Source: Clostridia bacterium (GTDB lineage: Bacteria; Bacillota; Clostridia; Oscillospirales; CAG-272). Taken from it: DNA of 50,418 bases. Numbering within the stretch: the stretch's first letter is position 1; each line of letters opens with the position of its first letter. Both the position numbers and the translations under genes were made by a program. Of the stretch, positions 45,199 to 50,418 are shown piece by piece. The notes under the pieces are model-generated. The model was not told the origin of the DNA. It saw nothing but the letters and a program-made list of their open reading frames with translations, and searched no databases. The stretch lies in NCBI GenBank assembly GCA_017507905.1, contig JAFWAA010000051.1:1-50418 (forward strand), given 5' to 3'.

Positions 45199-45345
45199 CC
45201 CAGCTTCCCTTTACGAAGATGCCGTCGGTTTTCCGGGAAGACAGCCGGAAACCTAACCCAACCTCCCTTTACGGAGATGCCGTCGGTTTTTTGGGAAGAC
45301 AATTAGAAACCTGACCCAACCTCCCTTTACGGAGATGCTTTCGGC
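45163..45345 (+). repeat. Three tandem 58-bp units beginning with the last 12 codons of spoVT
   Basis: Units start at 45163, 45221 and 45279, with a partial unit at 45337. Confidence 0.9.
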
Positions 45346-45399
45346 ACTCCGCGAAGGGCGTTGAAGTCCGCGTAAACGCGCGGCCGTTGAAGCAAAACG

Positions 45400-45431
45400 A
45401 ACGGCCCCAAGGCAGAGGTCTTGGGGCCGTT
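45400..45431 (+). terminator. Hairpin/terminator downstream of spoVT
   Basis: AACGGCCCCAAG-gcagaggt-CTTGGGGCCGTT. Confidence 0.55.
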
Positions 45432-45464
45432 TGGGATATATTGTTATTTTTTTTACAAAAACCT

Positions 45465-45494
45465 ATTGACTTTCGCCAATTTCTATGCTATACT
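45465..45494 (+). promoter_or_regulatory. sigmaA promoter of the cold-shock gene
   Basis: TTGACT, 18 nt, TATACT with TG extension. Confidence 0.65.
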
Positions 45495-45629
45495 GGACTG
45501 GTATTCGAGATAAACTCCTTGGTTCACAAGCTCCACGGATCATGGTTGTCCCATGATGCACGGCTTGTGAATTTTCTTTTTTTACCTGATTTTATCCGAT
45601 GCAAATTACATTTTTACGGAGGTACCCGA

Positions 45630-45842
45630 ATGAAAACAGGTACAGTCAAGTGGTTTAATGCAGAAAAGGGTTATGGCTTTATTTCCTGCGATGAGTGCGG
45701 AACCGATGTGTTCGTACATTTCTCGGCCATTCAGATCGATGGCTTCAAGACCCTTAACGAAGGTCAGAAGGTGACCTTTGACACCGAACCGGATCCCAAA
45801 AACAGCGACAAGCTCAGAGCTGTCAACGTTTGCCTCGCTTGA
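45630..45842 (+). CDS. cspA: Cold-shock protein
   Basis: [35 protein letters not shown]; GGAGG RBS. Confidence 0.95.
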   Translation: MKTGTVKWFNAEKGYGFISCDECGTDVFVHFSAIQIDGFKTLNEGQKVTFDTEPDPKNSDKLRAVNVCLA

Positions 45843-45868
45843 TAGGCACACCTACATTCGGATCAATC

Positions 45869-45916
45869 AAAAAGCAGCGCCGCCGTGAGAAATCTCTCAC
45901 CACGCGCTGCTTTTTT
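45869..45916. terminator. Bidirectional terminator after csp
   Basis: AAAAAGCAGCGC...GCGCTGCTTTTTT. Confidence 0.75.
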
Positions 45917-45920
45917 CCTT

Positions 45921-46037
45921 TTTTACAGAGGAAATCTATACGCCTTTCCCTTCTGCTTTTACAAAGGAAGGTCTGTGCGCCTTTCCCTTCTGCTTTTACA
46001 GAGGAAGATCTATGCGCCTCTCCCTTCTGCTTTTACC
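45921..46037. repeat. About three tandem 36-37-bp repeats
   Basis: TTTTACA(G/A)AGGAA(G).TCT.T.CGCCT(T/C)TCCCTTCTGC at 45921, 45957 and 45994. Confidence 0.85.
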
Positions 46038-46076
46038 GTTTACCGAGGGAAAGATGTCCTCCTTCTTCCTCCCCCC

Positions 46077-47039
46077 TCAGCGATAAAAATCGTGATTGCC
46101 GATGCGGAAAGCGAAGGGGCGGTTCTTGGAGATCCAATTGCTGGTGGCAATCCGCGGATTCATGAAGAACAGAATGTCCTCCGAGAGCGTGTATCCCTCG
46201 AGGCACATCTTGGCCGCAAGGATCGAGGACGCCGACGGCTCGCGGTAGATCGTGCCAAGGGGCACGGGCGAAAACTGCGTGCCGTGCTTGCGGTCAAAGA
46301 TCACGCCGTAGATCGTGTTGGGATAGGATCGGCTTCTGACGCGGTTGAGCACCACGTTCCCCACGGCGATCTGCCCCTCGATGGGCTCGCCTGCCGACTC
46401 GGCCGAGATGATGCGCGAGAGCCAGTAGAGATCGTCCTTATTATAATTCGCCCACGAAACGAATGCGCTCTTGCGCCCCTCCTCCGAAAGCTCCACGCAG
46501 CGTCGGCTCGCATTCCAGGAGAGCGTCAGGTTCATCGTGCGCGCCAAAGGACGAATGGGCACGTAGAGGCTTCCGTTATCGTTAATGACCTCGCCCACCG
46601 TGTAATACACGTGGCCGTTGGCCGTGATGTAGACCGCACCCTCCTGCACCGTCATGGTCAGCCCATCGGCGGTAACGGTGGCCGTTTTGGTCTTGCCGTT
46701 CCAGGAAAATTGGCAATCGGCAAACAGATTGCAGAATTTGCGCAGGGGAACGTAGGTGATCGAATCGCGGATCACGCAATCGCCAACCAGGATCTCCCGT
46801 CCGTCAAGATAGACCGCCGTAACGCTCTCCCGCGCACGGTCCTGCGCAAATGCGGAGCGCATTTCCGCATTCTGCATCTCACTGGCAACGCCTTGCACGC
46901 CGCCTAAGGGGCTTTCCTGTCCGTCTGCCGAGACGCCGATCCTTGCGCCTGCCAAAAGGAGAGCCGCCAGCAAAAGCGCGATCCCGCTTCTGCGGCTTGC
47001 CTCCTGCATCGGTGTTCGTCGTTTTTGTGTTTCCTTCAT
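46077..47039 (-). CDS. Cell wall hydrolase (SleB/CwlJ Hydrolase_2 domain) with copper-amine-oxidase-N-like domains
   Basis: Signal/TM segment, YVPLR and YVPIR repeats, [38 protein letters not shown]. Confidence 0.9.
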   Translation of the reverse strand: MKETQKRRTPMQEASRRSGIALLLAALLLAGARIGVSADGQESPLGGVQGVASEMQNAEMRSAFAQDRARESVTAVYLDGREILVGDCVIRDSITYVPLRKFCNLFADCQFSWNGKTKTATVTADGLTMTVQEGAVYITANGHVYYTVGEVINDNGSLYVPIRPLARTMNLTLSWNASRRCVELSEEGRKSAFVSWANYNKDDLYWLSRIISAESAGEPIEGQIAVGNVVLNRVRSRSYPNTIYGVIFDRKHGTQFSPVPLGTIYREPSASSILAAKMCLEGYTLSEDILFFMNPRIATSNWISKNRPFAFRIGNHDFYR

Positions 47040-47313
47040 GCTCGTCACTCCTTTGTCTGGGATATTGACCGAACGCTTCCGCTCGGTCCATACCCCTATT
47101 GTAGCAGGAAAAAAAGCCAAAATCAACCCACACATTCTGCCAACGCAGGAAGCCCGAGCCTGTGATGGAAGGATCGGGCAATCGGACCTTCCCCGTTTTC
47201 CCTTTTTCTCCGCAAAGCGGCGAGATCCTCGTCATTTTTTTAACAACTACTGGACAAAACGAAGAAAATATGGTATGATAATCCTATATCTATGCATACC
47301 GGAGGAAACCATC

Positions 47314-48984
47314 ATGATGACTGATATTGAGATCGCCCAATCCGTGCGCTTAAAGCACGTAACCGAGATCGCCAAGGTGGCCGGCATTGAGGACAAGTAC
47401 CTCGAGCAATACGGCAACTACAAGGCAAAGATCGATCTCTCCCTGCTGAAGGAGAACGCACGCAAGGACGGAAAGCTGATCCTCGTGACCGCCATCACTC
47501 CCACCCCCGCGGGCGAAGGAAAGACCACGACCACCATCGGTCTTGCCGACGGACTGAAGCGCATCGGCAAAAACGTAATGGTCGCACTCCGCGAGCCCTC
47601 GCTCGGCCCGGTCTTCGGCGTTAAGGGCGGAGCCGCAGGCGGCGGATGGGCGCAGGTCGTTCCCATGGAGGACATCAACCTGCACTTCACCGGCGATTTT
47701 CACGCCATCGGCGCGGCAAACAATCTGCTCGCCGCAATGCTCGATAACCATATCTATCAGGGCAATGCCCTCAATATTGATCCCCGACGCATCACCTGGA
47801 AGCGTTGCGTGGACATGAACGACCGCCAGCTCCGCTTTGTGACCGACGGTCTCGGCGGACGCGTAAACGGCGTTCCGCGTGAGGACGGCTACGACATCAC
47901 CGTGGCCTCCGAGATCATGGCCGTGTTCTGCCTGGCCAGCTCCATCACCGATCTCAAGGAGCGTCTCTCCCGCATCGTCGTGGCCTACACCTACGACGAA
48001 AAGCCCGTGACCGCAGGTCAGCTCGGTGCCGTTGGCGCCATGACCGCCCTGCTCAAGGACGCCCTTAAGCCCAACCTCGTGCAGACCCTGGAGGGCACCC
48101 CCGCGCTGGTGCACGGCGGCCCCTTTGCCAACATCGCACACGGCTGCAACTCGGTGATCGCCACCCGCATGGCGATGCGCCTTGGCGACTACGCCGTGAC
48201 CGAGGCAGGCTTTGGCGCTGACCTGGGTGCTGAAAAATTCCTGGACATCAAGTGCCGCATGGCGGGACTGACCCCCTCGGCCGTGGTGATCGTGGCCACC
48301 ATCCGCGCCCTCAAGATGCACGGCGGTATGCCCAAGACCGAGCTTGGAACGGAAAATCTCGAGGCTCTGGAAATGGGGCTTCCCAACCTGCTCCGTCACG
48401 TTTCCAACATCAAGAATGTCTACCGTCTGCCCGCAGTGGTGGCCGTCAACCGCTTCCCCACCGACACCGATGCCGAGGTCGAGCTGATCATTCGCAAGTG
48501 CCGTGAGCTTGGCGTGAACGTGGTCCTCTCCACCGTTTGGGCCGAGGGCGGAAAGGGCGGCGAGGAGCTTGCCCGCGAGGTCGTTCGCCTCTGCGAGGAG
48601 GAGAAGGGCGACTTCACCTACTCCTACGCGTCCGACCTCTCCATCGAGGAGAAGATCGAGGCCATCGTGAAAAAGGTCTACGGCGGCGACGGCGTGACCT
48701 TCCTGCCCCAGGCCAAGAAGCAGATCGCGCAGCTGACCGCTCTGGGCTACGGCTCCTGCCCCGTTTGCATGGCCAAGACGCAATACAGCTTCTCGGACGA
48801 TCCCGCAAAGCTGGGCGCTCCCGAGGGCTTTACCGTAACCGTCCGCAACGTCAAGATCAGCGCAGGAGCAGGCTTTGTGGTTGCCCTGACGGGTGACATC
48901 ATGACCATGCCGGGTCTGCCCAAGTCCCCTGCCGCCGAGCGCATCGACGTCAACGAGGACGGCGTGATCTCCGGACTGTTCTGA
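47314..48984 (+). CDS. fhs: Formate--tetrahydrofolate ligase
   Basis: [66 protein letters not shown]. Confidence 0.98.
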   Translation: MMTDIEIAQSVRLKHVTEIAKVAGIEDKYLEQYGNYKAKIDLSLLKENARKDGKLILVTAITPTPAGEGKTTTTIGLADGLKRIGKNVMVALREPSLGPVFGVKGGAAGGGWAQVVPMEDINLHFTGDFHAIGAANNLLAAMLDNHIYQGNALNIDPRRITWKRCVDMNDRQLRFVTDGLGGRVNGVPREDGYDITVASEIMAVFCLASSITDLKERLSRIVVAYTYDEKPVTAGQLGAVGAMTALLKDALKPNLVQTLEGTPALVHGGPFANIAHGCNSVIATRMAMRLGDYAVTEAGFGADLGAEKFLDIKCRMAGLTPSAVVIVATIRALKMHGGMPKTELGTENLEALEMGLPNLLRHVSNIKNVYRLPAVVAVNRFPTDTDAEVELIIRKCRELGVNVVLSTVWAEGGKGGEELAREVVRLCEEEKGDFTYSYASDLSIEEKIEAIVKKVYGGDGVTFLPQAKKQIAQLTALGYGSCPVCMAKTQYSFSDDPAKLGAPEGFTVTVRNVKISAGAGFVVALTGDIMTMPGLPKSPAAERIDVNEDGVISGLF

Positions 48985-49016
48985 TCTTCTTTCCAACCCC
49001 ATAGGAGGACCTTACC

Positions 49017-50009
49017 GTGAATACAAGCAAGCATTTTCCCACAAAAGGCTATATCCTTTCCGTAACCGACGACTCGAACAACCGTCAGGAGCCCGGAAAC
49101 AAGGGCTTTGAGAACGGCATGAGCGTGTTCTTCACGCTCTCCGACGGCACCTTCCTCATCTTTGACGGAGGACAGGGCAGCAACACCGTGTCTGCCGACG
49201 CCGATCATCTCTACCGCCGCCTGCGCGAGAAGGCAGACGAGAACGGAATTGAGGATATCGTGGTCTCGGCCTGGGTCTTCACCCATTCGCACGGCGATCA
49301 CACCTGCTTCATTCGCCGCTTTCTCCCCGACTACTCCGACCGCGTGACCGTGCGCGAGTTCTGGTTCAATCCCGTGGGCAACTGCGACTGGATCCTCAAC
49401 CGCCTTGCCGAGTTCTACCCCGACACGCCCGTGGTTGCTCTTAAGGCAGGCGAGGAGCGAGAGCTGGCCGACGTGAAGGTCGAGGTCATGCTCACGCCCG
49501 AGGCGATCGAGGAATTTGAGCCCAACGCCTTTACGCTGGATTACAACAACTCCTCGCTGATCCTCCGTCTGCACATTGGCGGCAAGACCGTTCTGATGAC
49601 GGGAGACGCCAGCGAGCAGGCCATGGCCTACCTCAACGCCAAGTTCCCTGCGGAGGACCTCAAGTGCGATATTCTGCAAGTTCCGCACCACGGGTTCTTC
49701 AAGAGCTATAACAAGATCAACGAGAGCTGGCGACGTGACGAGATGTACTCCGATGACCAAACGATCGCCGCCTACGCCAAGATCGCGCCCTCGATGGCTC
49801 TTTTCCCCTGCGGAGAGCTGCATTTCCGCTCCACGAGCGAGCCGAACACGGGATACCCGCGCAACGGCGGCTTCCACCGCTTCAAGAGCAATTCCACCAT
49901 TTCCCTGCTCAATCAGCGCTCCCTGGAGACGGTGATCGTGGCCGGCTGGTACGACATAGCGCGTCCCGAAACCGCCGTCTGCCGCTGCTTCCTCTCTGCC
50001 GAAGACTGA
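49017..50009 (+). CDS. MBL-fold metallo-hydrolase (ComEC/Rec2-like catalytic domain)
   Basis: AGGAGG RBS with GTG start; IFDGG, THSHGDH, NNSSLI, MTGDA, DILQVPHHG. Confidence 0.85.
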   Translation: MNTSKHFPTKGYILSVTDDSNNRQEPGNKGFENGMSVFFTLSDGTFLIFDGGQGSNTVSADADHLYRRLREKADENGIEDIVVSAWVFTHSHGDHTCFIRRFLPDYSDRVTVREFWFNPVGNCDWILNRLAEFYPDTPVVALKAGEERELADVKVEVMLTPEAIEEFEPNAFTLDYNNSSLILRLHIGGKTVLMTGDASEQAMAYLNAKFPAEDLKCDILQVPHHGFFKSYNKINESWRRDEMYSDDQTIAAYAKIAPSMALFPCGELHFRSTSEPNTGYPRNGGFHRFKSNSTISLLNQRSLETVIVAGWYDIARPETAVCRCFLSAED

Positions 50010-50034
50010 TCGGGACGGAGAACGCGGGGTTTTT

Positions 50035-50064
50035 GTGGGGGACTTTTTGTAAAAAGTCCCCCAC
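50035..50064. repeat. Perfect 14-bp-arm palindrome (REP-like)
   Basis: GTGGGGGACTTTTT-gt-AAAAAGTCCCCCAC. Confidence 0.7.
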
Positions 50065-50418
50065 ACCCCCCCAAAAACTCCCCAACAAAAAGAATAGCTA
50101 CCCATGGAAGGAAGTGCGAACACCACGCTTCCTTTTTTTGTGCCGCGAAGGGGAGTTTTCGTTCGCCGTTCGTGCGGTGCAGATTTTAGTTTGTGCCCCT
50201 CCCGCTTGTGGACTTCTTCGAAGCCTCGCCCTACGGAAAGTGAGCGAACGGTGGCGGAGGAGTAAACACGCACGGCACAAGGCGGTTACTCGACGCGCGA
50301 GAGCGCGCTCGCCGCACAAAACGGCTACGTACCGCGCGTGAGCGCGTTTGCAGCCCCCACGCCAGTGGGCGCAGGTGGAGGGCGCGGAGCCCTCCTCGCC
50401 GTCCGCAGACGGCGAAAC

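Noticed and set aside
45163-46037. CRISPR arrays from the 58-bp and 37-bp repeats
   Set aside because: Units are contiguous with no unique spacers, and there are no cas genes.
47140-47313. ZTP or THF riboswitch upstream of fhs
   Set aside because: No consensus recognised; a likely promoter (TGGACA-17-TATGAT, 47251-47279) lies only about 35 nt from the start codon.

Overview
Chromosomal segment of a GC-rich, spore-forming Clostridia-type bacterium (Bacillota; inferred from spoVT, a SleB/CwlJ-type hydrolase, fhs, GSIII and the rpoB sequence). Contents: 5' part of rpoB; tRNA-Glu(CUC); a four-helix-bundle gene; a 2068-aa GLUG/coiled-coil surface protein with a TetR regulator; a two-component system with membrane proteins; a heterodimeric ABC exporter; a sugar-utilisation region (2 AraC, TIM-barrel isomerase, 2 Gfo/Idh/MocA, GH2, GH78); two YD-repeat lipoproteins; an AT-rich islet; tRNA-Arg(CCG); GSIII; MATE; prfB; rlmH; galK; ktrAB; spoVT; a cold-shock gene; fhs; and MBL-fold genes. 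The most striking feature is a ~180-200 nt seven-hairpin element directly behind the terminator of BOTH tRNA genes. Its three 8-nt left linkers are complementary to its three right linkers, and all six co-vary between the two copies (YATGGAAT/ATTCCATA versus YATATCAT/ATGATATR). Each copy is followed by an AT-rich cargo gene. Other notable items: a cargo gene with apparent non-AUG starts and a PLMP/RRXRR-like N-terminus, a 22-aa leader peptide and attenuator before the ABC exporter, a 4x TetR operator array, a tandem pseudo-tRNA, triplicated spoVT 3' ends with synonymous divergence, and prfB without its frameshift. All family assignments come from reading motifs by eye; no searches were run.
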